Positions 26,601 to 40,753 of a stretch of DNA of 64,000 nucleotides are shown piece after piece (position 1 is the stretch's first letter; every line of letters begins with the position of its first letter). A program made the position numbers and the translations under genes. Source of the stretch: Tubulanus polymorphus (Eukaryota; Animalia; Nemertea); contig NC_134027.1 in NCBI RefSeq assembly GCF_964204645.1, positions 10,076,485-10,140,484 of the forward strand. Direction: 5' to 3'. The notes beneath the pieces were generated by a model. That model was not told the DNA's origin. It made no database searches and saw only the letters and a program-made list of their open reading frames with translations.

Positions 26601-26750
26601 CCCCTCTCTCAGACTCACTCCCTCTCCTCTCCCCTTTCCCTCTCCCTTTCCTCCCCTCTCCCTCTCTCTTCCATGCTCTCCCTCTCTCTGCTCTCCCTAT
26701 CTCTTCTCGCTCGCTCCCTATCCTCTCCCCTCTTTCCCTCTCCCTCTCTG

Positions 26751-26825
<75 letters not shown>

Positions 26826-29800
26826 AACTATTGATAAGTTGCAATACCTGTAAATGAAATTCAATCGATCGTTAGTTATAGATTAATAATCGTTCGTTAT
26901 AGAAAATGAATCATTCCGCACTCACTGAGCAGTCTCTCTCTCGATCCATCCGTCTCATAGAGCGACACTTCCGTTCTGACGTCAATTCCATCAATCAGCA
27001 TTTTCTAATAATTCCTCTTGGATCGATAGTCCAATATCCGTAATCTTCTTACGTAATTTTTCAGCTGAGAACTTAGATCTGCTCTTGTTGAACTAGGTAT
27101 TTCTAATAGGTATTTCTTCTCTTGGATATCGATTTAGAATTAGCTATCTCTCTGCCTATTTCGTTTGAGATATTCCCCTCACCTCGAATCCGTATGTTTT
27201 GGATATAATCATGGACTCTAGGTTATACGGTCCATCATCAGAGGTAGACAAGAGCCACGATGGTCATGAGCATTTTTGGAACAACTGTTCACACAGGTGC
27301 CAAATAGGTATGTGCCTGTAAGGCCAAATTTGCCCCGACCCAAAACGTCAGACCAGGCCTGAGCCAAATTTCAGCACAAAACAAATGATCGTATCTGAAT
27401 TGCAACTGGTTCCGAAATGACTTAGTTTAAGCATTTTTTACTATAGCATGAGTAGTTAACATGTGAACACGCTCTCTCTAGTTAGGCACCGGCCAAATTT
27501 GACTCAGGGCCTGATCTGTGCCTATTTGGCCTGGGCCAAAGATTAGATTTCTCATTTTCAAAGTCTTTATATTAAATCTTGCCTAATAGATTTCTATATA
27601 TTAGCAATGCTGTGGCAAGTCATTTTTCCTAATATAAATAAGGCACTACTGTTTGTCAGTAGCTGACCCTGAATGAAAAACTAACTGTAATCCAACCTTA
27701 TCACAATGATGAAACAATGGTTCATTCACAATTGCTACTAGTGTGCCTAGTTTTTTCATGAAGCCACGCATTGTTTTTCTTGGTGGAAATGAACGTAGCT
27801 TAATTTTAGATACTTACTAATATTTGAGGGTCTGCTTTCCACCTGGCGTAACATAGAAACATTTACCAGTAAAACAATGGCAAGTGTTTTCTCCCTATAT
27901 CATGCTTTTTATATGGGCTTGTACATATTTTGCACTTAAGAATGAATACATTATCTAGTTGAATGATAATTTGAATTGTTAAGTTCGATAATGACTAAAT
28001 TAGATTTGGTACTGAAAATTTATTTCAGTACCAAAGCTGGGGTATGCGAAACATTGTATATAAAACCACCTGCGCTATTGTCTGGGCAAAAATCCCTGAG
28101 TTACTCTTGGTCTTGGAATCGATTTGGTGAAAGAATTTGTGGACCACCATCTTAAAATCTGCCATGATGCAAAATTGTTTTATCTAATGATGTAAATATG
28201 AAAAAATATCAGAACGATCAGAAGGGAGTTTTTTTTCATTCAGTTCAGTTTTCCTTAATTGCATCAATTCGCTGCGTTTTATGAATCTACTTCCATTGAG
28301 TTTGCGATAACTTCATATCCCTGGTGAGACTCGACCAGTTGTTATCTATAGTTTATCCACAATTAGTATCGGCGGCAGACGCATTGCCCTTCTGTAACCT
28401 TAATCAGCAATCAAATCGTTATTAATTATCGTAAATTGCTCCGGCGAAGATACGTAATATGAGATTTATCATATTGTGAAATTGTACCCCTGAGAACTAT
28501 GTATTCTATGTAGGAAAAAAATTACAAGTTTTTACTTTGGATGGAAAACTGAGTTCTGAGTTTAAAGACCGGTTTGAACTTAACTTTAACCATGCGGGGT
28601 GAACTCATTGGAGCTACAAATGGAGTAAACCCCTGGGTTGTAACTAATCTATAAATCTAGGTAGGCGTTTACATAATGCCAGACTCATACCAGACTCATA
28701 TTGACCTTATGCGGCAACTGAACTAACTGTCTGCAACTGGCTCTCCCGGCGTCTATAGTCGTGTGTCACACTTTCATATTGCTGATTGAGTCTAGTCACA
28801 TGAAGTATGACCACTGTTGTGGTGGTGCCAGATGGAGGGTGTTAGTCAAGACTAGGAGTCTTTCACTTCTTGCTCCAACATCCAGCTCAGTGCTGCTGTG
28901 GCAAATATCAACATGGCCCGCGTTCTGGGTTGGCTTTTTGAATGGATCATCATGAGCTATTCATGATGATGCAAGAAATCAGCTGATGTTAGCAAGCTCA
29001 CTCTGGTCATGCGATGGATAGCAATAGGTCTGCGACTGTGGCTAATCTGAGTAATAAGCTACGATGGTCGGTGTATCGCATCACCAGGTCAATCTGCGTC
29101 GGCTTACCATTCACATCGGTGCCAAATGGGCCTGCGCTATATGGCCTGGCAACATAACTGACGGACCCAGCCCGAGCCAAATTAAAACAAGGGGTCAAAT
29201 TATTGCGTGTGAATTACAACTGGTTCCGGAAATGACTCGTTTAAGCATTGTTTAGTATCGAGTGAGTCGTTTACGTGCTTTCTTATTAGGCACGGACCAA
29301 ATTTGACTACTCAATTCGATTGGCCCGGAGCAGATCAACTCCATGTGATCGCGGCTGAACAATGAAACAGTTGAACAGTTTCAGGAATCGCGCTGAATAC
29401 AAACGTTACTTATATATGATCCGATTAAATACTATCGGATCTCTCACACTCTCTCCCATAGAGTGTATATGCTGCGTATAATGGTATTCGACAATGGGTG
29501 ATTAATTGAAGGGCCCTTGAGATTTTGTATTACAATGCCGCTACTTAAATTTCAGTAATGCCAGTAATCGATGAGGCAATTATGAATAGAATACAACTGT
29601 CATGTATGTGTAAAGGCATTTTATACGCGTTTATAAAAGTATGCCCCCTCAAAAAAACCTAAAAAAACAACCCTAAGTAATGGCAAAAATGATGATTAAT
29701 AAAAAGGCTTCACTGGTCTTGTCAATATATATGTCAATCCAGGGTTAATAAGTACGAACCCTGGTAGCGACAGAGTTTCTTGATCGAACATTCTTCGCTG

Positions 29801-32800
29801 GTCTCTACCCCGGAAAAAGTAACATCGAACCCGGTGGTTGAGGGAATTGAAAAAGAAAAAATTAGAAAAAAGGCACATTTAGTTAAATGAAAATTTGAAT
29901 TCAAATTTTTCTTTTTAGAAAGATACTTATGTATAATGGTATATTTACTGGTGATTTATTGAGTTGAGAACGGACAGAAATCCCTGTGGGCCAGCTTCAA
30001 AATGATAATAAGGATTAATTTGAATAGTTAGTCATTATTCTGAACTTCAGAGAAATTTAACTACAGCACTGATGTCTATTTTCTATTGGGACCCATCGAG
30101 AATGACAGTAATTGGTGACGTACCCATCTTAACATAGCCATGTGTACTTAGATTAAGGGGTTTAGTGCGGGTTGAAACACATATCGAGGGGAGGTTTATA
30201 AGGTTCATATGGTAGGTTAAGGATTTAGAATACATTAGAAGAAAATTTAGGGTTGGCTGTGGCAAAACCCCATTGGCTTCACTCCTGCGCGTTTTCATTT
30301 TCATTCAGGAAGTACGCCGGTGTCCTTACTTAGCAAAAGTGCCCTTTCGTCCAATACTGTCTATCTTTAACTTTATGTCTTCGATCCACGCCTGATAAGA
30401 ATTCTAGTTTATTTAGGAGAATATTTGGGACGCGTGTTTGAGAGTAAAAGTGATCCAAGAATTCAATCAGGATCTTACGAATCGTACATGCATGAATATG
30501 TATACGCTGGATAACTTGGGTAGGGTTCCTGATGCCATCGGATCCGACTAAGGATCCATGCATATAGAATCCCAGTTGTTGAGACGCAGTGTTTTCACTT
30601 ATTTCGCCGGCTTTCTTTTTTTCATCGGATTTTTTAAACATTTCACAATCCAAAAATAGCCGCTTACAATGCTTTCAGGTTTCTGTATCAGGTGTACGCG
30701 ACTGAGCGGGTTCTATGAATCTATACGCGCTGAATCCTTTGTCGTAGATGAAAATTGTCCTTTTGTTCCATCGTCTGCAAATGTAATTCATCATAGCGCG
30801 ATCTGTCAAAAAAATTCTATAAAATACGAAGATTTTCATTCTCGCGATGTGGCGAATTATTTCTAGCTGACGGGAGAAGGATTAGCCCGCAGTCGGTGTG
30901 TATTGTGAAAATGCCCGGTCTGCGGTCAGTCAGTCGGATGGATTGAACGATTTGCGGTTTTCCGCTGTTCTTTATATAATGCATACCTCTACAGATCCAT
31001 TATTGGTATAGCAAAAAACTGGCTTAAATCATAGATGTTATTCAAGCCAGCTATTATAAACCATTTAAGTCTTTCGTGTAGACGGTCTACTCGTGGGTTC
31101 GGTTTTAACCCATCATTGATTGGGAATTTTACTATGCAGTGTCTATTGCTTCTCGGAAAATTCAAGGGAAAATCCATATTTATCACGATACAGAATAGCT
31201 AATTTCCAGTTGATTTTCATGTACTACAAGTTGGTTGTATTTTGTAGAAAATCGAGGCTTTCATATAATTTGATGAGGTGGGCCACCAAAATTGTGACCC
31301 TTTGCCCCCCCCCACCCCCATATTCACTCGGACTTACTTAGATAAAAGGAATTTCAAATTGTAAGATGTTAATTTCTGTACGATATTTTGTTGTTTTGGG
31401 TGTCTATAGTTAATCCTAAGCCATTGGGTTCGAATCCCGCTCTAACAGTTTTTGTATCGTAGACGAAAAAGAGTCAGGGCAGATGCGGGTGACGTGAGGA
31501 GTAATAGACAGGGCAGCTTCAGGAGTAAGGCTGGGCAGATACGGGCAGCTTGAGGGCTAATAGGTTAAGGTCCATGGTAGACTATACGGTCAATCCAGAA
31601 TCCTGGCACCAGACTTGATTGAAGTTACTTCGTAAATATCCGTTTTCATGATAAATTGCAATAACATTCTTGCTCAGGCGCTATAAGATGTAGTTTGACT
31701 GAAAGTAACAAGATATTCCGAACAGTATAGGCAGTTTATAGATCATTGATATCAAAGAGTTGAGCCAGATATTACGGAGCAAGAGGGGATATGCTAGTTC
31801 TTTCCTTACTGTACGGATTGATAGCGGGCAAGTGGTTACATGACAGACTGACATCCTCCGAGCCTGAGTTCTCTATACGTTCTGACAGACTCGAGTAGCT
31901 TCCACGCGCAACTCTACCCTCTCACCTGCCTCCGGCATCAATATTACGTTTTTATTAGCACCGATTTTTATGAGAAATATAAACCGGTCTGACTGGAAAT
32001 ACTCTATCGGAAACTTTCTGCTAACGAAATCTGGGCTCAATCTGGTAGTGAGTTGCAAATATCAGAAAATTGGAATGATGCACTGGAATTTCAGAATTTC
32101 CAGTTGGCCGTATCGTAATGCACCCAGACCAAGGGGGGATTCAGGGGGAATTGTTGTTGTGCAAGTCTATCAAATTTGTTTAGTGCCCCTTTTCCAACAA
32201 AGATAATTGGTGCAGTTCAGTGCAGGAGTATGCTTAGTATTGCCTTGTTGGGCACCAAAGTGCCCTTTTGGTACTTGACAAGTTCTTTAGAATTAGCACC
32301 TCAGTGCGGGAGTACACCATTGCCTTTTGTACATGCATGCCTTTTTGAGATATGACAAGTCTTTCAAACCCCAATATATCCCTTGAAAAGACAAAAAATT
32401 GATATTCCCGGTAAAACTGGCTGTTTTCTAGGATCTTACACAAGATTCTACTATTTAGTGAGTAGTGAATGTTGTTAGCGAACTGAAAATGTTTGAGTTC
32501 CCAAGCGCTAGCTCTGGGGGGATTTGTGAGTAAATACATCATGACTGAAACAGACTTTTCTGACGGGAAAAATCCACAGAACGTACACAGGTTTGTGTGA
32601 GCTGTTTAGCTGCTAAGATTTCCATCCCAGTAGGAGCATAATGTACAACATAAACAATGATACCCGATGAATACCCCTGTTCTTTTCATTCATGTTTCCC
32701 TTCAGTTTTGCATTTATGTTTTAAGCCTGCCGCACATTTCCCATTCTTTCCCATTCTTCGATCGATTTGTCCCATGATCGTATCATGACAATGTGGTGTG

Positions 32801-35752
32801 CAATCATCTGACTAATCAATTCTAATTAGCTATCCTGATTTGGCCACTCTGGCTTCCAGATGATTAGCATATACCTTTCTGACAAGTCTTGGTATAAGCT
32901 CAGTTTCCAGATGATCACCATACACCTTTCCAATAAGACTCGGTCTAAACCCGGTTTCCAGATGATTATCATACATCTCTCCGACAAGACTCGGTCTAAG
33001 CCCAGCTTTAAACATTACATTTTCAAGATGCAATCTGAGGTCGTTGCCTAGTGCTTAGTCTATACTGATCTTATAATCCTCAAATAAACTCCCCTTAAAG
33101 ATGTGCGGTAGAACTAATTCACAACAAAATATTGCCTTTGACCTCGTCATGGAGTGGTGTTTTTATGCTAGTATAGTATTAATCTCAGGTCGAGGAAGCT
33201 GGAATCAGCAATGTTTTATTGAATTGTTAATCTTCCATCAAGGGTAAACTAAACCATTTCCATTAATACTTTAATGAATAGTTCCAGTGTATCCCCAGCA
33301 TATACTTAATAGTCTTTTTGGCAATAAAAGTAGATCTCCGATATCTGTGTCATATCTACATTTTATGTTTTTGGGATTGACGCTTACGAAAGCAATGGCT
33401 GAGATCTTCAGGCCATTTCATTGTTGGCTTGGCAATCTATTTCTTATCTAAGTTCAGGTCTTTTCATCGTTTCTTTTTATCGTTCAAAAACATGAATGAA
33501 ATGTTGGGAACTTGTAAGCTCAACTGAGGGTTAGTGTAGAGACAGGGAAGTGTAATGAGTAAGTGTGCTCTCTACTTCCCTGGTAGAGAGTATAGTATCC
33601 CTTTAATGGTTCATGCATAGCTTTAATAAACTCCTGGGCCAGTTTTATAGACTGGTATTAACTTTAACCAGCAGTTAACTTGACTGAAAATAAATTGAGT
33701 TTGCCCCTGGGGGGTTAAAGTTGATACCAGCCTATAAAACCGGCCCCTGGAATGGAATCGGCAGCTATTACACGCTGCTTTACTTTTGCAGATCCTCTGA
33801 AAAAATGGTTTACCAATATTTTTTCTCTTCAGTAAACTTATAAGACATGACGTAAGCAAGCAGTCTTGTAAAAACTGTGTTCTTTCGTTGTCGCCGGCTA
33901 ACCATGTGAATCAGGTAAATGAAAACCTGAAACAATGTAAACGTCGCATTCATATAGAACCAGTTCAAGTACCGGTACCTTTTTTTCTCGTAGGCAGTAT
34001 TTATTCATTTCCCATGAAAGAAAGCTTTGTTTCTCTAGATATTGGCTGGTCGTAGTTCGAAATCAGTCGATTTATCTATGATTATTACTTCATTCGAATT
34101 CATTGGCTTTAGATAAGCTTATTCGGTGGTCTCAAGTGTTCTTTATTAGTCTAGATGAATGAAATGTTGAAACAAGGCTCGTTCTACTTAACCAAATTCG
34201 ACTTACCTGATTTTTTTTCATTGAATTTCATCGAGCAATCTGATTTTTATCATTGAATTTCATTGAGGGGTCGAGAATTTTATCAAAGTTGGTATAGTGT
34301 TCGGTCAAAGTGTACCGTTATAATGTTGTGATAATTAGGTGACTTTGCGGTTTTCACGAGAAACTCGAGTATTATTTCCTTGAATTTCCCGAATCTCAGA
34401 AGGCAAGGGTTCGAAATGTCATGGCAAAATTCTGGTCCGATTTACGCAGCCCCTTCGGACCTGACCGCGATAGCGATGTAAGACTCGATCGAATTGCGTA
34501 ATGTTTTAGCGGATCTGCGTAAGGCCTGTAATACGTCGCGATGACGTAGTACGAAATCAACAACTCGAAAGAGATTTCTTTTTAGTCGTCGTTATTAGTT
34601 TGAGCAAATATTAGTTCAGTTCTTCACTGTGTCTGCCATCTAACGTTATGATTCAGGCGTACTTCACGTGTGTGAGTGTGCCGCGCGCGAGCACAGTGCA
34701 TTTCCTATCATAAAACTTCACTATACGGTAGTGATTAGTACCGATAGGCCGTTAATACATACGAGAAGAAATATGAGAAAATATGTAACTTGAAGTATGG
34801 TTTTTTCGTGAAAATTTTGTCTATATTTATATGAGAAAATTGTAAATGGGATACCGGCAACGCCAGATGGCGCAACGAATCACTGGGTTACTCGTAGTGA
34901 AAATCAGTTCGTTTTCAATGAAATTTGAACATTTTTATTTTTAGGCTTCCAAATCCGGAAGTTATCAAACGAGTCATCGGATAGATATAAGATTTCCTTT
35001 CTCACTCAGTGTGTGGTATTGATATCACTGAAAATTGATTTACTAATCAGAAAATTAGACTCGAAGTTTATTGAAATGTAGAAGAAAATGAAGCGCGGTA
35101 ACCCAGTGCCACTAGCGATCCTGGTGGATTATCGCTGAATCCTCGCTGCCCTCAGTGGTAGCCTTGCCGGTATCCCATTGTAATACGGTTTTTTGGTAAA
35201 TTTTGTCTATATTTGTTCGGTTGAAATATTGAGATGTGGCGATCTTAATTCATGTAGTGCAGTGCAAGTTTTTTTTTTACCAATTACAAGTACTGTTTTT
35301 ATCATTTACTATTTTTGAGATGTTTTTGGTGATAGATTTGCTACCGAGAGTTTCAGGCCTAGAGATTAGTACGGAAAAACCTAATTCCCATTTTGCCAAT
35401 AATATCAGCGACTTATTTTCCTTCATCTGATTCGAAGACACCTCGTTTCCATGGCACCGACCACAACTAAAAACCTGACGCTAGTTGCACAGTCGTAACC
35501 AGTATTTTCCGTAAGAGGGTGGGTCACCCCGGTGATTATCATATCGACCTCTATGAAAATCAGTCGCCCTATTGAAAAAATCAGCCCCTCTAATTGATTG
35601 GATATGTTGCCAATGCTTAAAACAATAGATAGCCAAGTCATCGTTCAATGTATGATTGCTTCATTAGGGGCTTTCATCAAAAAGCTTTTGGGCTATATAA
35701 TTATGTATAAAACTGAGTGTTATATTATGTTATAATTTCAATGTAAATAAAG

Positions 35753-35797
<45 letters not shown>

Positions 35798-38700
35798 GTT
35801 TTTATTATTATTATTTCTCTTTGCAGAAAAATCTGTCGGCACTGCAAGTGTCCGCGCGAGGCTCACGATGGTGGAGGTGGTATCGATCAGGAACGCAGTA
35901 TCAGTAAACTCATACAGGATTTCCAGCGTAATTCCGTGTCGGATGATGATAGCGGTTGTATACTGGAAGATTACACGTGGGTGCCGCCGAGTCTCAAGCC
36001 CGAACAGGTAATCGCAAACTGAAAACGATCGAGTTATATCAAAATTGATGCAGCAGCCTGAGATTTCGAAATTCTCAGAAAATATTGAAGCCGCATCAAG
36101 CTTGTTTTCTAGATTGATTGCAACTATAGGCCTATTGATAGCCTTGAATTAATACTTGCAACCCAAGGGCGGATCCAACTAGGGGAAGGTGCAGGGATTG
36201 CACATCCACCCCTGAAAAAGCTGTGAAAAGTTGCCCCGAAAATGAAAAATATTTAGATGATACCTAAAATGTTTAGATTCATAAGCTTATTCTCTGTATT
36301 TCCAAAAATGAATTAATATTTTCTGTTGAGCTTTTTTCAGGGTACCCTATTAATTATATGATTTATTATGTGCCCCATTTTGAGGGTACACACCCCTCCC
36401 TGAGTCAGACCCTAGAACCGCCCCTGTTGCCTGTTCTTCTGATATTCAGCAATTGTTACTATTCTCATTTGAGGAACGCTGATTTTATATGTTTGATGTG
36501 TTAAGTTACTGAGGGTCTTACCATTGATTACTGAATAAAGATTTTCTCATACCATGAAAATGTTCCTATCTGTTGCTGATAACTCATATACGGTCAAATC
36601 ATTATTCCTATCACAGGCTTCTATCTTATTTACCGAAGTGTTGGTGTAAACAATTGGGAAATCTGACTTCTTTCTCAAAAAATACATTGCCATAGAGGCC
36701 AACTGTCCTTATTCCTCGCTCCAGCTTTCATCTTACCGAAGCTTTGTATAGCGATTATGATCTCAAAGCAGCCTGTTGCACAACGGCTCATGTTTTTTCG
36801 AGGCAGATCAATCGGACAGATTACTGATATATTTTGGCCCGTGATCGGGGTTTGTATTACGTTTACCATGAACTATTTTCCATGCGGGTATGGGGTACAC
36901 GAGAAAGATAGAACAGTGGGTTTCCTTGCGGTTAAGTCATAATCCGTGATGCTAATTGCGATTTATTTCTTGCGATGCAGGTGTACCAGTACATGAGCAG
37001 TTTGCCCGAGGACAAAGTACCATATATAAACAGCGCTGGCGAAAAGTATCGCATCAAGCAACTACTGCAACAGTTGCCGCCGCACGACAACGAGGTGCGT
37101 TACTGCAACTCGCTGTCGGAAGCCGAACGCAAAGAGTTGAAGCTATTCAGTTCGCAGCGTAAACGCGAGGCGCTCGGTCGCGGAAATGTACGTTCGTTGC
37201 CGGTCAACGTCAGCGATGTTACGTGCAGAAAGGTATATTTTTAACGTTTTCGATTTTTGTTTCGTTTTGAATTCGACTCATTACCCGTCATCCAGCTCTG
37301 CGAGACTATCCATACTTCTACCGAATCAGGGTGGCCACTGACCGGGAAAACCTGGAAAAATTGGACGATGTGTTTCTTCGTCAGTACATGATTCCATGAA
37401 AAATGAATGAATTGGAACAATTTAAACCTAGAAATTTCTCTCGATTCACTCAGGGAATTTTGTGTAATTGCATGGGAAACTCAGCGGGGAATTTGTAAAT
37501 GGGTGGAAAGTGGCCACCCTGCAAATTTTTCCAACTCTTCAAGCTGCAACAATGCTTACAACTAACATCATGGCTAATAACAGTGGGGACATCTTATTAA
37601 CAACCAATTTATCTGTTGATTTCTGAGCTAATTGTGTGTTTGTATTGCTAATTCAACTGGTATTACCGAGCCTGCCAGCTCATCTGGAGGCATCGATTAT
37701 GTCAATATCAGCAGTATGACGTGTACTAAGTATCCTTTTCGAGATGGCTGTAACACAAGAGCAAGAGAAGCTCCATGATAATCGAATCAGTGAACTCTTG
37801 TTCGACAGCGACCGATGGACCACTTGCGCATCTTTAAACCCTTCCTCGCCGGTCAATCACTAGATCAATTCTGTATGCCCCAGAGTGTTACGCAACCTAA
37901 CCACTTCGAATCAGTCGGTTTATTCAGACTTTACTAATTGTATTATTTCAGTGCGATGGTGCGTTACAGGGAGGCGACGTGGCTGTATTCGCGTCGCGAC
38001 TCGGACCAGATGTGTGCTGGCATCCGGCCTGTTTCAACTGTACGACGTGCGACGAACTGCTCGTCGATCTCATCTATTTCTCGAGAGCGGATGGAATCTA
38101 CTGCGGACGACATCACGCCGAAACGTTGAAACCGCGCTGTGCTGCCTGCGATGAGGTACGGTGTAATTTCTTTAATGAAACTAAATTTCATAGGTCGTGT
38201 TTCTTCAGTCAGTTTTTAGTTCAACTGGCTTAGATCTACATCTCTTCGTAGATATTTTCAAAATACTGCACCAAAGAAATAAGTATCACTGATTATATTT
38301 AACTTTTGAATACCGCTGTACTGGTATCTCCTTAGGAAATCTGTGAGTTGAAGTAAAATGTTCAGTTTTAATGAATTCAATATGTAACATCTAGTGCCAT
38401 GAGGTTGTCAAAGGTGGGTCTCGGATGCCATGTTGGCCATTGTTTTCCGAAGATTTTACAAGATAGTTTCCATGTAATAAGACGTCATAAAGCTGTATGA
38501 ATTATCATTAAGTGCCTTAGCTCAATTCACGCAACTATTATCAACCAAAATTTGTGGAAACTGCTGAAATAAGGGTCTTGAAGGGCCACGTCAAATGCAC
38601 GGATGTGTCATCTTGTAACACACCCTGGACCCGGTGCGACAGTTGTAAGTTAGAGCTAACTCTTAAGTTAAAGTTAGTTCATTTTCAATGTTTTAATTCT

Positions 38701-40337
38701 AGAGTCAAATTTAACTCAGAACTGTGGAACTGGGTCCTGGAGCATTCCTGACAAGGGACATCTATTAAAATTGGGGAAAAAGGCATGGCTGGTTATCTAA
38801 TCCGAGAGTTTTTCTGAAAAAATCGGGGGTTCACCCCAAAATGGCTGCATGCCTGGGAGAATACAGCATTTTGTTGTGTGCATTGATTCTAAATAACTAG
38901 AGACATCCCCCTCCCCCCAGTACTCAAAACAGTTGAAATCTTGATATGTTATGTATGTGCATTTCTATCTTACAGATCATATTTGCGGATGAATGCACCG
39001 AAGCTGAAAGTCGTAGTTGGCATATGAAACATTTCTGTTGTTTCGAATGTGATAAACAGCTCGGCGGACAGCGTTACATCATGCGCGAGGGTCGGCCGTT
39101 TTGTTGCGATTGTTTCGAAACGAAATACGCCGAGTACTGCGACGCGTGCGGCGACCGCATCGGCGTCGGTCAAGGTCAAATGACGCACGAAGGCCAACAC
39201 TGGCACGCGACGGACGAGTGTTTTTGTTGCACACGGTGTACGAAGCCGCTGCTTGGACAGCCGTTTCTGCCGAAGCACGGTGAAATATTCTGCTCGGTCG
39301 AGTGCAGTCGCGGATTGTCTCATATCAAAAAACTGTTGATTCCGGGAACGGTCGCGGAAGCGCAACGCGAGACGAGCGAGTCTCCACGTCCGGATATCGT
39401 AGCGCGGCGGAACATGTCGCCGGTCACCGCGACCGATCATAAACCGACTTTACCCCCTCGCAATCGTGAGCCGATCACATTATACAATTCGGAACTGGAG
39501 AAATTAATCGCGCATTCTGATACGGAGCGTACCGCACGCACGGATGATGTTGACGCCGATGACAAACCGGTTAGATTAACGTCGCGGTTTTCAATGCCGG
39601 ATCTAACGAGGGACGCGCCGGCGACCGATCAGCTGCCGCGTAAGAGCAGTTTGAGCAATGGCAAGCGCAACGGCTCCGATCGAAATTTGAGCGTTCGCTT
39701 CGACCCGCGACAGGATCCGTTCTCGCCGCAGAACCGTTTCAATCCGGACTTACCGCGAGCGACGTCGACGTCACGCGTCGACGATACGCCGCCGTCTGAG
39801 TACGCGCGCACCGGTTACAACCGCGCGGGCGGCGTACCGAACCCTGGCCTGTCGTCGAGTACGGAGAAAATGAATCCGATATCGCGGCCGGATCAGCAGC
39901 GGGCGTACGCAACGACCACGGCGCAGGCGGTCGGCATGTATCCGCGAAATATGCCGCCACCTCGACTGCATCATGCGCATCATCATCATCATCATAGTCA
40001 CAGCCGTCCGAGCGCGCGCGACGTTTTCGCCGAGAACCGATCTCAAGTCAGTCGTACGGCGTCGGATTTAACTCTGCAGAACGAGGTCGTCGATCGGTTT
40101 TTGCAAAATGACGGTTACGCCGGCGCCAGTGCGGATCACGAACACTGCAGCACGTGCTCCAGTTCCAGCGACGACGACGAGGAGTATTACTACGATCGAC
40201 GGCCGCGCATTTCGTTTGTTACCGCCGACGACGGCAGCGGCGGCATGCAAAGCGGTCACATGACATTTCCCGGTCCCGGCGGCAAGAAATCAAAACACAA
40301 GAAAAAGATTCGAAGCAAACATTGTATTATTTCGTAA
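14637..40337 (+). CDS. prickle: Prickle planar-cell-polarity protein (Cys-rich, PET, 3 LIM domains, CAAX), 709 aa
   Basis: Exons 14637-14678, 16259-16347, 35827-36007, 36981-37232, 37952-38155, 38976-40337; GT-AG with consistent phase (2130 nt). Motifs: [57 protein letters not shown], three LIM domains, [11 protein letters not shown]-terminal CIIS. The first exon is the least certain. Confidence 0.93.
20308..20420. mobile_element. Short (~110 bp) palindromic MITE family, many copies in window
   Basis: GGATCCAGTTCCACAG...CTGTGGAACTGGACCC. Related hairpins at about 4164-4280, 6322-6433, 33655-33750, 38625-38737 and 50319-50538. Confidence 0.6.
21461..21726. mobile_element. piggyBac-like MITE, copy 2
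   Basis: TTAACCCTTTCA...TGAAAGGGTTTA, with internal similarity to 5412-5701 in inverted orientation. Confidence 0.65.
22561..22945. repeat. Dispersed repeat with B-box-like motif (SINE-like), copy 1
   Basis: Colinear with 31208-31572: GTTGATTTTCATGTA, GGCCACCAAAAT.GTGACC, GGGTT(T/C)GAATCCCGCTCTA, GAGGAGTAATAG.CAGGGC. Confidence 0.65.
25312..26055. mobile_element. Non-autonomous DNA transposon remnant (possibly PIF/Harbinger-like)
   Basis: Perfect 15-bp inverted repeat GACGCGACTCAACTG (25339-25353) / CAGTTGAGTCGCGTC (26037-26051). CG-rich subterminal repeats surround an AT-rich core. Confidence 0.55.
26540..26822. repeat. Polypyrimidine / (CT)n microsatellite
   Basis: Degenerate CT-rich tract ending in more than 60 nt of pure (CT)n. 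Confidence 0.95.
27276..27540. repeat. Dispersed repeat family; other copies at about 29160-29355 and 44790-44900
   Basis: Shared blocks GAATT.CAACTGGTTCCG.AATGACT, TTAGGCAC.G.CCAA, GGGCCTGATC.GTG.CTATTTGG. Confidence 0.6.
31208..31572. repeat. SINE-like dispersed repeat, copy 2
   Basis: Colinear with 22561-22945; contains GGGTTCGAATCCC. Confidence 0.65.
32852..33005. repeat. 51-bp minisatellite, 3 copies
   Basis: TTCCAGATGAT recurs at 32854, 32905 and 32956. Confidence 0.85.
34845..35179. mobile_element. MITE with 16-bp TIRs, copy 1
   Basis: AATGGGATACCGGCAA / TTGCCGGTATCCCATT, flanked by GTA on both sides. An inverted second copy lies at 41362-41640. Confidence 0.75.
35752..35813. repeat. 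(ATT)n microsatellite abutting the prickle exon 3 acceptor
   Basis: Visible directly; ends about 13 nt before AG|35827. Confidence 0.9.
37327..37521. mobile_element. hAT-like MITE
   Basis: Perfect 13-bp TIR CAGGGTGGCCACT / AGTGGCCACCCTG; no clear 8-bp TSD. Confidence 0.6.
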
Positions 40338-40581
40338 TGTAAATTGTGCGTATATAGCGTAGTTTTATCAAAGTTCCCTGAATTTTCTTCCCTGCAGAAA
40401 AAAATATGCAAATAATTGTTAATTATTCTGATAAACTGCTGCCAGACATTGTTTATAAAAGTCGGTTAGAGACGGTTATCAGTAAAGTCCCAAAAATACA
40501 TATGTATTTTTGGTGAAATGTTATAAGTGAATTTCATCAGATGCAGACGATTCACTCTTAAAACTAATCTCAGTGAAGCTG

Positions 40582-40753
40582 CAGTGGAACCTCGTTAATA
40601 CGAATCTAGTTGGCAAAAGGGAAATTGTCGTATTAAACAGGTTTCTTATTATCCAAATCTGGATTGATATAAAAATCTAAGCTGGGATATGCTGGAAATC
40701 ATCTGATAAATGGGTTTCCTCTTAAACAGAATCGTATTATTGAGGGTCAACTG
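40582..40753. mobile_element. Tc1/mariner-like MITE downstream of the prickle stop codon
   Basis: Imperfect TIRs CAGTGGAACCTCGTTAATACG / CGTATTATTGAGGGTCAACTG. Confidence 0.55.

Noticed and set aside
26469-26857. ORFs of 70-121 aa rich in LS or ER
   Set aside because: Translation of the (CT)n microsatellite.
38970-40259. Antisense and alternative-frame ORFs over the last prickle exon (similar ones occur over the TRPV last exon and DIRS)
   Set aside because: Expected shadows of GC-rich coding sequence.
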